A stretch of DNA of 64,000 nucleotides from a virus. Lineage: Duplodnaviria > Caudoviricetes. Each line of letters begins with the position of its first letter. Position 1 is the first letter of the stretch. Positions 40,399 to 49,625 of this stretch are shown one piece after another. The notes under the pieces are model-generated. The model was not told the DNA's origin and ran no database searches. It worked only from the letters and a program-made list of their open reading frames with translations. The DNA is taken from the IMG/VR virus record IMGVR_UViG_3300033069_001940, positions 32,001 to 96,000 of that record; one strand, written 5' to 3'. The position numbers and the translations under genes were made by a program.

Positions 40399-40630
40399 CA
40401 AAATAACTGATGAAGAATTAATGATATTGCATCAACTTTCATATAAACAAGAAATCTCGGCCAACAAAGCTGAGAATGCTTTGTTGGAATCGCAATTATC
40501 AGAAAAAGAAAAACAAATTTTTATATTAAATTTATATGTCAAATATCAATTGGATTCTTCTTATAGGATCCAAAATAATGGCGAAATTAAAAAAATAGAA
40601 ATTAAAGAAAAGGAATCTAAAGATGAATAA
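40388..40630 (+). CDS. Hypothetical protein
   Basis: Overlapping ORF; start moved to the internal ATG. Confidence 0.55.
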   Translation: MPVDKITDEELMILHQLSYKQEISANKAENALLESQLSEKEKQIFILNLYVKYQLDSSYRIQNNGEIKKIEIKEKESKDE

Positions 40631-40937
40631 AAAATTTGAATTATTAGCAGAATACGCCGGATTAGTTACGGTTAGAAATCATTTAATGACTTTATTGGAA
40701 ACTTCTAGAACTTTATTTGCTAAAGGCGACCAAAATAAAATTGCCAACTTAGTAAGAGAAATGGATAAAGAGCTTCTTAAAGTAGCTCTGTCTCCTAATG
40801 ACGTCGAGGAAAATGTTCAGCCAGTAGTAGTTGTTAAGACTCCGCAAGCTCCGGTCACTACGGAAAACATGCCTGTTGATGTAGTTGTTGAAGAAAAGAC
40901 TAAAAAGTCTTCTTTTCGTCGTGCTGGTCAAGAATAA
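40623..40937 (+). CDS. Hypothetical protein
   Basis: Coupled ORF. Confidence 0.6.
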   Translation: MNKKFELLAEYAGLVTVRNHLMTLLETSRTLFAKGDQNKIANLVREMDKELLKVALSPNDVEENVQPVVVVKTPQAPVTTENMPVDVVVEEKTKKSSFRRAGQE

Positions 40938-41707
40938 TGAATTTTAGAGAAACTAATTTTATTGTATTAAATACGACTGAAGATTTTTATCAAAATCAAA
41001 AGATAGCAGGTAGTTGTGTTAAAGCCTGTCTTAATAGATCAGAGGAATTAGCTAAACCAGGAATCTCCCTGAGAGAAATAGAATATGAATGTCTTTTGAT
41101 TTTAAATGAATATAAATGCAAACCAACCTTTCTTGGTTATAAAGGTTTTCCAGGGGCTATTTGCGCTTCAGTTAATAATCAATTAGTTCACGGAACACCT
41201 TCCGATTATATTTTGCAATCTGGGGATTTATTAAAAATAGATCTTGGAGCTACATATAATGGCGCTATTGCAGACGCTGCTAGAACTTTTATTGTTGATA
41301 AAGCTTTTTCAATAGAACATGTAGAGCTAGTTAATAAATGCAGACAAGCTTTGGACGTGGCTAAAACTAGTGTTCAAGTAGGTAAAAGAATTGGTTCTAT
41401 TGGATATGCAATAGATCGTTTTGTTAAGAAAAATTGTAGATTTAGTTTGATTACTAATTATGGCGGACATGGAATTTCGTTAAATGAGCCGCACGCTCAG
41501 CCATTTGTGCCGAATAGATCTAACTCTGATGAAGGAATTAGAATTCAACCTGGACTGACTATTGCAATTGAGCCGATGCTTTCTTTAAGTTCTAATTATA
41601 CAAAAGTAGCTTCAGACGGCTGGACAGTTTTGTCAGATGGTGTTAGTTCTCATTTTGAAGATACAATTTACATTAAAAATGATGGTTCGATTGAGGTTTT
41701 AACATGA
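40937..41707 (+). CDS. map: Methionine aminopeptidase, type I
   Basis: CASVN..VHGTP, IDLG..DAART, GHGI..H, AIEPM, HFEDTI (D,D,H,E,E metal ligands). Confidence 0.93.
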   Translation: MNFRETNFIVLNTTEDFYQNQKIAGSCVKACLNRSEELAKPGISLREIEYECLLILNEYKCKPTFLGYKGFPGAICASVNNQLVHGTPSDYILQSGDLLKIDLGATYNGAIADAARTFIVDKAFSIEHVELVNKCRQALDVAKTSVQVGKRIGSIGYAIDRFVKKNCRFSLITNYGGHGISLNEPHAQPFVPNRSNSDEGIRIQPGLTIAIEPMLSLSSNYTKVASDGWTVLSDGVSSHFEDTIYIKNDGSIEVLT

Positions 41708-42042
41708 AAAAGAAAAATTATGGAATAATAGTAACAATGCCGGGGATGCAAAAGGTTGGAGAATTTGATTCTTTTACGGCTGAAGATTGTTATGGTCGAA
41801 GAAGTTTGGCCGCTGTGAAATTAGAAGCTAATTTGTTTGATTTAAGCAGAAAGCAAAGCACAACAAATCAAACTTTAAAATTTTTGTATGCAGAAGAATT
41901 ATCGCCAGGCAATTATCGTCAAATCGACGATCTTGGTTATGGATTATTAACTGGTGCTGCTATTGTTGATAATAAGCAGGTTTATTTACAATTAGCTGAA
42001 TTTATTAAAGAACCTAAGAATACTAAATTGACAAAAAATTAA
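41704..42042 (+). CDS. Hypothetical protein
   Basis: Coupled ORF. Confidence 0.55.
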   Translation: MKKKNYGIIVTMPGMQKVGEFDSFTAEDCYGRRSLAAVKLEANLFDLSRKQSTTNQTLKFLYAEELSPGNYRQIDDLGYGLLTGAAIVDNKQVYLQLAEFIKEPKNTKLTKN

Positions 42043-42051
42043 AAGGCAAAT

Positions 42052-42843
42052 ATGGTTTTACCTAAAGTTGGCGCAAGATTAGATCCGCCAAATGAAAATT
42101 ATAAAAAATTCGACAAATCAATGATCTCAAATTATCTTCCCATTTTAAATGGAAATGTTGATTTGAGAGAATTTACTTCGCCGAGACATAATCAAAGAAA
42201 AACAAGTACATGTACTTGCCAAAGTGCTGTTAAGGCTTTAGAAATCAAAAGAATCATGAAATATGGTAAAGAAGCTCATGTTCCTTTATCAGTTATGGAT
42301 CTTTATTATGGCGCCAGAGACTTGATGGATCCTAAAGAAACAGATAGAGATGAGGGTACTTATCTTTATTTGGTTTGTGATGTTTTGAGAAGATTTGGAG
42401 TTTGTCGAGAGGAGTTAAATCCTTTTGATGAAAAAAACTTATTTGTGCCAACTCCAATTATGGCAACCAGAGAATCTTATATGAATAAGATTTCTGCTAA
42501 TTATCGAATTAGTTCAACCGGAAATGATCGCGTAGATGATGTTATTAATAATCTTAGAGTTGGTAATCCGGTTATTTTTGCCACAAGGGTGGGTATGAAT
42601 TGGATGCTATATAATTCTAATTCTAAACCATTAGAAATAACATCTATGGATAATTCTATCGGTAATCATGCTATTTGTATAGTAGGGTGGGTTGATGGAA
42701 AATTTGTGATAGAAAACAGTTGGGGTAATGGCTGGGGAGATGATGGATTTGCTTACTTACAACCAGAAGTAATAGCTGATTGTGGAAGCGTAGATTTTTG
42801 GGTAATAGCGGAGGGATCGGAGGCTTGGTATGAAAAAGCTTAG
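42052..42843 (+). CDS. Papain-like (C1 family) cysteine peptidase
   Basis: VDLR, NQ...STC, NHAICIVGW, ENSWGNGWGDDG. Confidence 0.88.
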   Translation: MVLPKVGARLDPPNENYKKFDKSMISNYLPILNGNVDLREFTSPRHNQRKTSTCTCQSAVKALEIKRIMKYGKEAHVPLSVMDLYYGARDLMDPKETDRDEGTYLYLVCDVLRRFGVCREELNPFDEKNLFVPTPIMATRESYMNKISANYRISSTGNDRVDDVINNLRVGNPVIFATRVGMNWMLYNSNSKPLEITSMDNSIGNHAICIVGWVDGKFVIENSWGNGWGDDGFAYLQPEVIADCGSVDFWVIAEGSEAWYEKA

Positions 42844-43171
42844 TAGTTTTTTATTGTTTTTGATGTTATTAATTTTAATTCCATCTTGTATTGAAACGCA
42901 AAAGCCAGGCGTTTCTCCAACTGTACCAACAGATACGGCTTTTTGCCGGCCAGGATGTGAGCATTTGCAATCCTTAACTGGAAAAGACGGTAAATTATCC
43001 TGTGAAGAGGCAAGGCCATTACATATGCCAAGTGGAGAGATTATTTCTTGCGAAAAGTTTTGTCAAGATACTCAAAATGCAGGAAGAAACCTTTATCCAA
43101 GTTGTTGGCTAGAGGTTACTAGTTGTGATCAAATAGAAACATTTAGACTACGTAGTGGGCCATGCAAATGA
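42830..43171 (+). CDS. Cys-rich putative lipoprotein
   Basis: MKK + hydrophobic stretch + LIPSC lipobox-like; several CxxxC motifs. Confidence 0.65.
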   Translation: MKKLSSFLLFLMLLILIPSCIETQKPGVSPTVPTDTAFCRPGCEHLQSLTGKDGKLSCEEARPLHMPSGEIISCEKFCQDTQNAGRNLYPSCWLEVTSCDQIETFRLRSGPCK

Positions 43172-43347
43172 AAATTAATTTTGATAGTTCAGATGTTAAT
43201 TATATAGAAATATATAAATCAGATAATGGAACAATAGGCGTCGTTATTTCGGCAAAGGATAATACTAAGCCTAATTCTAGTATTGTAAATTCTTGCTCTT
43301 TAAGCGTGGAACAATTTAATAAAATATTAGAGGAAATTAAAAAATGA
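43162..43347 (+). CDS. Hypothetical protein
   Basis: Short coupled ORF. Confidence 0.5.
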   Translation: MQMKINFDSSDVNYIEIYKSDNGTIGVVISAKDNTKPNSSIVNSCSLSVEQFNKILEEIKK

Positions 43348-43655
43348 AATATAATGATTTTTTAAAAGATCTTAAAAATAAAGAGGCAATAGAACATCTT
43401 TTTAAGATATTTGGTAATTGTTGCGCTTATGATTTTCTTCCTTTATTATCTAGGGCAATAGAATTTAGAATTGAAGATTTGGAACAAACAAATAAAATGT
43501 TTACTCAACGTTATTTGACAAATGATGGAATAATCATTTCAGTTACAGATCATGAAATTAAACAATTACAAAATTTAAAAGACGCTTTACGTTCTATAAA
43601 CGTTTCTAAGTTTAAAGAAGAAAATGTCCGAGAGGACGAGAAATTAAATACTTAA
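43344..43655 (+). CDS. Hypothetical protein
   Basis: Coupled ORF with a GAGG RBS. Confidence 0.55.
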   Translation: MKYNDFLKDLKNKEAIEHLFKIFGNCCAYDFLPLLSRAIEFRIEDLEQTNKMFTQRYLTNDGIIISVTDHEIKQLQNLKDALRSINVSKFKEENVREDEKLNT

Positions 43656-43697
43656 CAAGTTATCTGCTAAGGAAGCAGAAAGGTAGGATACGTTAGA

Positions 43698-44009
43698 ATG
43701 ATTGATAAAAGAGTAAAAGAGACTGTGCTAAAAATTAGCGCTCGCAAACTAAAGAACAATACTCAGAGAGCCCTCTTAGCTTTATTGAAAGCTGATGGTG
43801 AATGGGTTTCACGACGAAGTTTGCGTATTCCGTCAGTTGCAGCTAGATTACGAGATCTTCGTAAAGAACAATATGGGGAATTCGAAGTAGTTTGCAATGT
43901 AACTAGTAAAGATAACCCCTTTCAAAACAAAAGGGGTACATATTACAGAATTAACCCTAGATCTGTGACACTTAATCGTGTCCTTAAAGTTTTTGAGGGG
44001 GTGATATAA
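43698..44009 (+). CDS. Winged-helix DNA-binding protein
   Basis: LLKADGEWVSRRSL...VAARLRDLRK..YG..V......YRI; own RBS and terminator. Confidence 0.65.
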   Translation: MIDKRVKETVLKISARKLKNNTQRALLALLKADGEWVSRRSLRIPSVAARLRDLRKEQYGEFEVVCNVTSKDNPFQNKRGTYYRINPRSVTLNRVLKVFEGVI

Positions 44010-44043
44010 ACAAACAATTGTAGTACATAATTGTACGCTTTTT

Positions 44044-44077
44044 AAAAGCCGGGGAGAATTTCTCCCCGGCTTTTTTC
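44044..44077 (+). terminator. Intrinsic terminator (possibly bidirectional)
   Basis: AAAAGCCGGGGAGA-ATT-TCTCCCCGGCTTTTTT. Confidence 0.9.
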
Positions 44078-44119
44078 ATTTGTCTTTTGAAAAAGATATA
44101 TAGTACAAGAAAGGATAAG

Positions 44120-44773
44120 ATGAAAGAAAATTTTACAAAATATTTATGTCAATATTACCCTAAGTTTAAAGTAATTAATAAAGATCAATCATTATTAATG
44201 AAGTTATTTGTTAAATTATTATTTTTTAATAATTTTAATAAATTTGCTACTACGATTGGCTATACATGTTATCTTCCAGATAATTTTAATGATAATTATG
44301 ATACATTAACAGTTATTGCTCATGAATATCAGCATGCGAAAGATTACGGTAAATTAAAGCTTTTATTTCCAATAATTTATTTATTCCCACAATTATTATT
44401 TTTAGCGGTGGTATTGTTCCCAGTTATTAAATTCTGGTCATTAATATTTTTGTTATTTTTGCTTCCTTTGCCGGCTTATGGCAGAATGAAGTTGGAATTA
44501 AGAGGATACGTAATGAGTTTATTTGCTTACACAATGATTTATAGATATCTGGGAATAGAAAATATTTCAGAAAGACAAATTAATCTGGTAAATACATTTG
44601 AAAAACATTTTACTAGTTCCTCTTATTATTTTATGTGGCCATTTGGGGTAAGAAAATATTTGATACTTTCTCTTAACGAGATTAATTCTGATTCTATACT
44701 TGATGATGTTACATTTTTAGAAGTAAAAAATGCATTAGAATTAACTTTTGAGAATAATTCGTCAATCTCTTGA
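44120..44773 (+). CDS. Membrane protein with HExxH zinc-metallopeptidase motif
   Basis: TTIGY, AHEYQH, hydrophobic hairpin, ELRGY. Confidence 0.65.
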   Translation: MKENFTKYLCQYYPKFKVINKDQSLLMKLFVKLLFFNNFNKFATTIGYTCYLPDNFNDNYDTLTVIAHEYQHAKDYGKLKLLFPIIYLFPQLLFLAVVLFPVIKFWSLIFLLFLLPLPAYGRMKLELRGYVMSLFAYTMIYRYLGIENISERQINLVNTFEKHFTSSSYYFMWPFGVRKYLILSLNEINSDSILDDVTFLEVKNALELTFENNSSIS

Positions 44774-44808
44774 TATAGCTTCGTTGAAACTAACTATATT
44801 CGGAGATT

Positions 44809-46014
44809 ATGATAACATTAGATTGTGGAATTATTGGTGGTGGTGTTGCTGGTGTTTTTGCAGCCTTGCGTATTTCTGAAAATTATCCTAATTTAAAAAC
44901 AATAATTTTTGATATTTCTGCTCCCGCCGCCAAGCGTAGAAGATTTTTAGAAGGTTGGTTGGGGTGCTTGCCTAATTCAAATGGCAGATTTTATGTTTCA
45001 GATTTTGAAAAATTAAGTAGTATGATTGATGGAAGAAAATCGCATCATATTTCTAAATGGGTTTTAGATCAATTAAAAAATATTTCAAATATAAAAGAGA
45101 CAAAAAATCAATCACCAACAGCTTCTTTACAAAAAAAAATAAAACAAGATGGATTTGAGATAAGCCACAGCAATTATTATCAATGGTATCCAGAGCAAAT
45201 TCATTTATTATCTAAAAATATTGTAGATAGAATGCAAGATAATAAAAATTTAATATTTTCTTTTGAAAATGAAGTTTATAAAATTTTAAAAAAGAAAAAT
45301 TATTTTTTAGTTTCAACCTCTCAAGGAGATTTTGCTTGTAAAAAAATTCTACTTTGCGCTGGTAGAAGTGGTTGGAGATGGGTTAATAATTTATATAAAG
45401 AATTTGGATTAGTTACAGAAGACCAGGGTAGTTTTGGTATTAGAGCAGAAATTGGTTCTCAATATATGAAAGAATTTAATCAATCTCATTGCACAATATC
45501 AAATGAAGAAATAGAAATTGGACCCTTGAATTGGTTTGGTACGGTGATACCAGAAGATCATGCGGATTTAGTTTTATCAGGATTTAGGTCTAATGAAGTT
45601 AGGTGGAAGAGTGATAAAGTTTCTTTTTCTATTTTAAATAAAAATTTATTTAAAAACGACGGCGTAAATCAAATAGATAGAATAGCCAAATTATCTTTTA
45701 TCATTGCTAATGATAGGGTGGCAAAAGACAAAATAAAAAATATTTTAAATAAAAATTCTCAATTAAATTTACTACCAGAATTTTCTTGGTTGACAGATAC
45801 TTTAAATAAAGTTAATAACTTTATTCCAGAATTAATTTCAAAAGGTAGTTTTTTTATTCCAGAAGTGAATCCTCTTTGTTCTAAGATTAATATTAAAAAT
45901 AACTTAGAGACAGATATAGAAGATTTTTTTGTAGCCGGAGAAAGTGCTGGTTATAAAGGTTTATTGTTCGCCGCCGCTTCTGGAGCAGCAGCGGCTGATT
46001 TTATTGGTAGGTGA
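44809..46014 (+). CDS. FAD-dependent oxidoreductase (uncharacterised dehydrogenase family)
   Basis: IIGGGVAG, LCAGRSG, FVAGESAG..GL..AAASG. Confidence 0.75.
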   Translation: MITLDCGIIGGGVAGVFAALRISENYPNLKTIIFDISAPAAKRRRFLEGWLGCLPNSNGRFYVSDFEKLSSMIDGRKSHHISKWVLDQLKNISNIKETKNQSPTASLQKKIKQDGFEISHSNYYQWYPEQIHLLSKNIVDRMQDNKNLIFSFENEVYKILKKKNYFLVSTSQGDFACKKILLCAGRSGWRWVNNLYKEFGLVTEDQGSFGIRAEIGSQYMKEFNQSHCTISNEEIEIGPLNWFGTVIPEDHADLVLSGFRSNEVRWKSDKVSFSILNKNLFKNDGVNQIDRIAKLSFIIANDRVAKDKIKNILNKNSQLNLLPEFSWLTDTLNKVNNFIPELISKGSFFIPEVNPLCSKINIKNNLETDIEDFFVAGESAGYKGLLFAAASGAAAADFIGR

Positions 46015-46017
46015 AAT

Positions 46018-46368
46018 ATGCAAGAAGATAAAGTAAAATATTTGTATCAAGACGATGAATTATTAAATGAATCTAAAGGCATTAGTTTTCATCAGCTTAA
46101 AGCTGATAACGAATTGTTTCAGGAAGAGGATTATGTTCCTCAAACATTAATAAACGTTAAGAGAGTTACTTCTAAACGAGAGACAAAAGAAGATTGGGTA
46201 ATCTACCAAGATAAAAAAATTGTTTTGAGATTAAAGGGAAATAGATTTTCTACCAAAGAAAAACAATTTTTAAGAACTGTTGATGGAATGAAATTTATTA
46301 TTTCAGAATATAAAAATGGTTTAAAATCTATTAATGCTTTTAAAAATAAATTAAAGGAAATTTTATGA
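46018..46368 (+). CDS. Hypothetical protein
   Basis: Coupled ORF. Confidence 0.55.
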   Translation: MQEDKVKYLYQDDELLNESKGISFHQLKADNELFQEEDYVPQTLINVKRVTSKRETKEDWVIYQDKKIVLRLKGNRFSTKEKQFLRTVDGMKFIISEYKNGLKSINAFKNKLKEIL

Positions 46369-46508
46369 TTATATTTAAAGGGTTTAAAATTAAAGATAAA
46401 ATACCTCATATTTTATTTGAATCTAATGGTATCATTATAGAAGTTCCTATTGATATTGTAACCGCTGATAGAATTTCTGGATATTTAAATAAAATAACAA
46501 CTAAGTGA
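46365..46508 (+). CDS. 47-aa ORF whose stop codon is supplied by the IS-end remnant
   Basis: ATGA-coupled start; the TGA lies inside GTGAAC of the repeat. Confidence 0.4.
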   Translation: MIIFKGFKIKDKIPHILFESNGIIIEVPIDIVTADRISGYLNKITTK

Positions 46509-46546
46509 ACACTCTCTCGCCTAAAGGCGAGAGCTTTTCGATTTCT
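46505..46546 (-). mobile_element. IS200/IS605-family right-end palindrome remnant (copy 1)
   Basis: GTGAACACTCTCTCGCC-TAAA-GGCGAGAGCTTTTCGATTTCT; the minus strand ends in TTCAC; 38/42 identical to copy 2. Confidence 0.65.
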
Positions 46547-46672
46547 GTAAGAAGGATAAATATAAACTAAAAATTTAAATTGTGAAATGCAATTATTTAT
46601 GACTTTACAATATATTAACTTACACTTATCATTAAGCTGATATCAATTGATATCTAAGGTGAATAGATATTT

Positions 46673-47335
46673 ATGGAAAATGTAGGTTATACAATTTATG
46701 TGTGTGACACAGAAACAACATCGTTAAATCCAGAAACGGGCGACGTCATAGAGGTGTCTATGTGCCGTCTTCTTATTTCTAAAGATGGAAAACATGAGCG
46801 TGAGCAAAAAACTTGGTTAATCAAAGCTTTAAATCCGGCCGGAATTGAAGATGAAGCTTTGGCTGTTAGCGGTCATAAGAGAGAAGATATTACTCATTTC
46901 TCTAAATTTGGTAAAGAGAATTATCGTTTAGCGGCTGATGTAGTTGCTGAAATTGAAGAATGGATTGCTTGCGATGATGTTAGCGCAATAGATAGAATTT
47001 TCGCTGGACAGAATCCGATGTTTGATGTTTCGCATCTTCAAGCTTTATGGAGAAAAGTTGGCTGCGAAAATACTTTTCCTTTTGCTTTGGAAAAAGGAAA
47101 TCGAATTATTGATACTAGACAGATTGCGATTCTTATTGATCTTTGTACCGGCCGCCGCCGACAATATTATAACTTATCGTCTTTGGTTAAAGCTTTTGGC
47201 GTTAAAAAAGGCAAAGCGCATCAGGCGGCTGAAGACGTTCGAATGACCACTGATTTGTTATTAGCTTATCTAGAGCCATTAATAAGCATTATTGTCGAGA
47301 AGTTTAGTAACTGTTATCCTGATTCTGAGGAATAA
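46673..47335 (+). CDS. DEDDh 3'-5' exonuclease (DnaQ-like)
   Basis: DTETT, GQNPMFD, IDT, AHQAAEDV. Confidence 0.9.
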   Translation: MENVGYTIYVCDTETTSLNPETGDVIEVSMCRLLISKDGKHEREQKTWLIKALNPAGIEDEALAVSGHKREDITHFSKFGKENYRLAADVVAEIEEWIACDDVSAIDRIFAGQNPMFDVSHLQALWRKVGCENTFPFALEKGNRIIDTRQIAILIDLCTGRRRQYYNLSSLVKAFGVKKGKAHQAAEDVRMTTDLLLAYLEPLISIIVEKFSNCYPDSEE

Positions 47336-47352
47336 ATTATTTGGTGTTTAGG

Positions 47353-47667
47353 ATGGATAAAAAGAATATTGCAATTATTAGTTTAATTTTAGCTAAAGTT
47401 TCTGGTATTGCTGGTGTAGTTTTAGGATTTACTTCTGGAATTACTAGATTAATGGGTGGCGGTTTACTTGGATTAGCAGCAGTATTTTTAGTTAATTGTT
47501 TTATATTTTGCATTTTAGAAATGAAAAAGAATAATTCTGTCGATGAGCAAGAAGATGCGCTCCAGAAAAATATTTTAAAATTACAAAATACATTAAAGCT
47601 GACTAAGCTGGAATTAGAAGGATTGCAAGCTAAAAGAGACTTAGCTAAGTTTATGTCAAAGATGTGA
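47353..47667 (+). CDS. Two-TM membrane protein with coiled-coil tail
   Basis: Two hydrophobic segments followed by heptads. Confidence 0.6.
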   Translation: MDKKNIAIISLILAKVSGIAGVVLGFTSGITRLMGGGLLGLAAVFLVNCFIFCILEMKKNNSVDEQEDALQKNILKLQNTLKLTKLELEGLQAKRDLAKFMSKM

Positions 47668-48599
47668 AAATATTATATTCAGTTAGAGATAGTTTTAGCG
47701 CCGTTGAACAATTAAGGTTTTTCAAAAAAGAACATGATTGTAAAACAATGGGATTTTATAATTCAATCAAACAACTAGAAGTGGTTGATTGGTTGTTAGA
47801 TGGTTTGTATTTAAATTCTTCTCCAAAAGAATCATTGTTTTTAACTAAAAAATATAAATGTAAATTGCCTAAAGTTAACGCTAATTTATTTGATCTTTTA
47901 TTACAAGATATTGAAAAATATAAACCAAACCTAATAATTTCAGATTTAGAGCCGGTTTCAGCTTTCATCGCTAAAATATTAGATATTCCTTATTGGAAAG
48001 TTAGTTCTTTGCATATCATAGATCATGCAAAATTACCAAAAGGTCTTTTAAATAAAAAAATATTTAATAATATAAATTATCATCTGCGAGCTTTGCCAAA
48101 ATCTGATAGAACTTTAATAATATCTCCTTTCGCAGATTTTTATGAACTTGAATTAAGTCAAGAAGCAGAGTGGCTTTGTCCTCATTATGATAAAAATAAT
48201 GAAATTCAAAGTGAAAACTTTACAGTAATTCATCAATCAAGAAAAAATTTACAACAAAGTTTAAGCGATTATGGATTAGATGTATATGATAATTGTGAAA
48301 ATTTAGATTTTGAAAATTGTAATTGGATTTTAACCGATGGATTAAACTCAAATATTTCAAAAGCTTTATATGCAGGTTTAGGTAATATCTATTCGACTTA
48401 TAGTCCTAAAGATTTAGAAACTCAGATTAATTCATTTTTAATAGAGTATTTAGATTTGGGTAAAAGTTTTTCAGACTGGAATAAAGCTCCTGAAAAAATT
48501 TCAGATTATCTTTATCATTTAGAACAATTAAAAATAATCAAACAAAGTCCGTCAGAATCATCCTATTATACATTAGGAGAAACTATAAATAACATATGA
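47664..48599 (+). CDS. MJ1255-like GT-B glycosyltransferase (divergent)
   Basis: MKILYSV; KPNLIISDLEPVSAFIAKILDIP; ETQINS. Confidence 0.55.
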   Translation: MKILYSVRDSFSAVEQLRFFKKEHDCKTMGFYNSIKQLEVVDWLLDGLYLNSSPKESLFLTKKYKCKLPKVNANLFDLLLQDIEKYKPNLIISDLEPVSAFIAKILDIPYWKVSSLHIIDHAKLPKGLLNKKIFNNINYHLRALPKSDRTLIISPFADFYELELSQEAEWLCPHYDKNNEIQSENFTVIHQSRKNLQQSLSDYGLDVYDNCENLDFENCNWILTDGLNSNISKALYAGLGNIYSTYSPKDLETQINSFLIEYLDLGKSFSDWNKAPEKISDYLYHLEQLKIIKQSPSESSYYTLGETINNI

Positions 48600-49237
48600 G
48601 AAAATTTATTTTTGATGTAGGAAATGTTCTTTTTCATGTTAATTTTGATAAATTTAACAAAAGATTAAATGATTTAAATATTCATTTTCAAAATACCTCC
48701 AAATTGAAAACATTTGTAGACGATATTCAGGCTCATCAAGATTTGGGAATTGTTAATTTGGAGCAAGCTTTAAGGCATCACCTTGGAGTAGATGATAAAT
48801 TCATTCCCGCTTTAGTAGAAGAATGGAATAATTGTTTGCAACCTAATATAAAAATGATTGATTTTTTTGAAAAAATTAAATCGAGTAAGTTTTATAATGA
48901 ATTCAGATTAATTGATCCTAAAGTCGCAATAGCTTCTAATATGGGTGTGGATCATTATAATTTCTTAAGAAATCAGTATCCAAATTTATTTAAAGGAATA
49001 GATGTATTTATTTCATCAAAAATTGGCGCTAGAAAACCTTCTAATTTATTTTTTCAATCCATAATTTTAGACTATCCAGCATACAGAGGGGCGTTATTTA
49101 TTGACGATCGAAAAGAAAATTTAGAAACAGCTTCTGGATATTTTCAAACTTATCATTTTGATTTACAACAATTATCCAATTCATCTAAACTAGATTCAGC
49201 TTTAGATCAATTATCAATGACAATTAAGAGTATGTAA
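48596..49237 (+). CDS. HAD-superfamily hydrolase
   Basis: FDVGNVL, ASN, RKP, FIDDRKEN. Confidence 0.85.
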   Translation: MRKFIFDVGNVLFHVNFDKFNKRLNDLNIHFQNTSKLKTFVDDIQAHQDLGIVNLEQALRHHLGVDDKFIPALVEEWNNCLQPNIKMIDFFEKIKSSKFYNEFRLIDPKVAIASNMGVDHYNFLRNQYPNLFKGIDVFISSKIGARKPSNLFFQSIILDYPAYRGALFIDDRKENLETASGYFQTYHFDLQQLSNSSKLDSALDQLSMTIKSM

Positions 49238-49625
49238 TAAGAACGTAAAGAGTATAATTTCTGTTTTTAACAGTATTTTTTATTGATTGAAACATTCCTG
49301 GAACAAAAATATTAAATCTGCTACTTTCTTTTCCTAACAAGTTTGTAACATAATTAACTCTAGACTCATTAGTTTGGTATGGATTTTCTTCAAAGTTTCC
49401 AAATCTAACAGCCAAACAGGGTTCTTTAAATAAAATGCCAACATCAGTTTCTGGGTCCGTAATGAAAACAGGAACTAAATCTCCTGGCTTTTGATTTTCT
49501 AAATATTGCCCCTCAGATCTGACTTTTTCAACTTTTTCATTTAATTTTAGAGCTAATGATTTAAAGTAACTAACCTTCTCAAAATCATCGGCTAATTTTA
49601 CAAGGTTATAATATTTATTTTTCAT
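49224..49625 (-). CDS. Hypothetical protein with N-terminal VKLA leader
   Basis: MKNKYYNLVKLADDFEK; coupled to the upstream minus-strand gene. Confidence 0.6.
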   Translation of the reverse strand: MKNKYYNLVKLADDFEKVSYFKSLALKLNEKVEKVRSEGQYLENQKPGDLVPVFITDPETDVGILFKEPCLAVRFGNFEENPYQTNESRVNYVTNLLGKESSRFNIFVPGMFQSIKNTVKNRNYTLYVLITYS

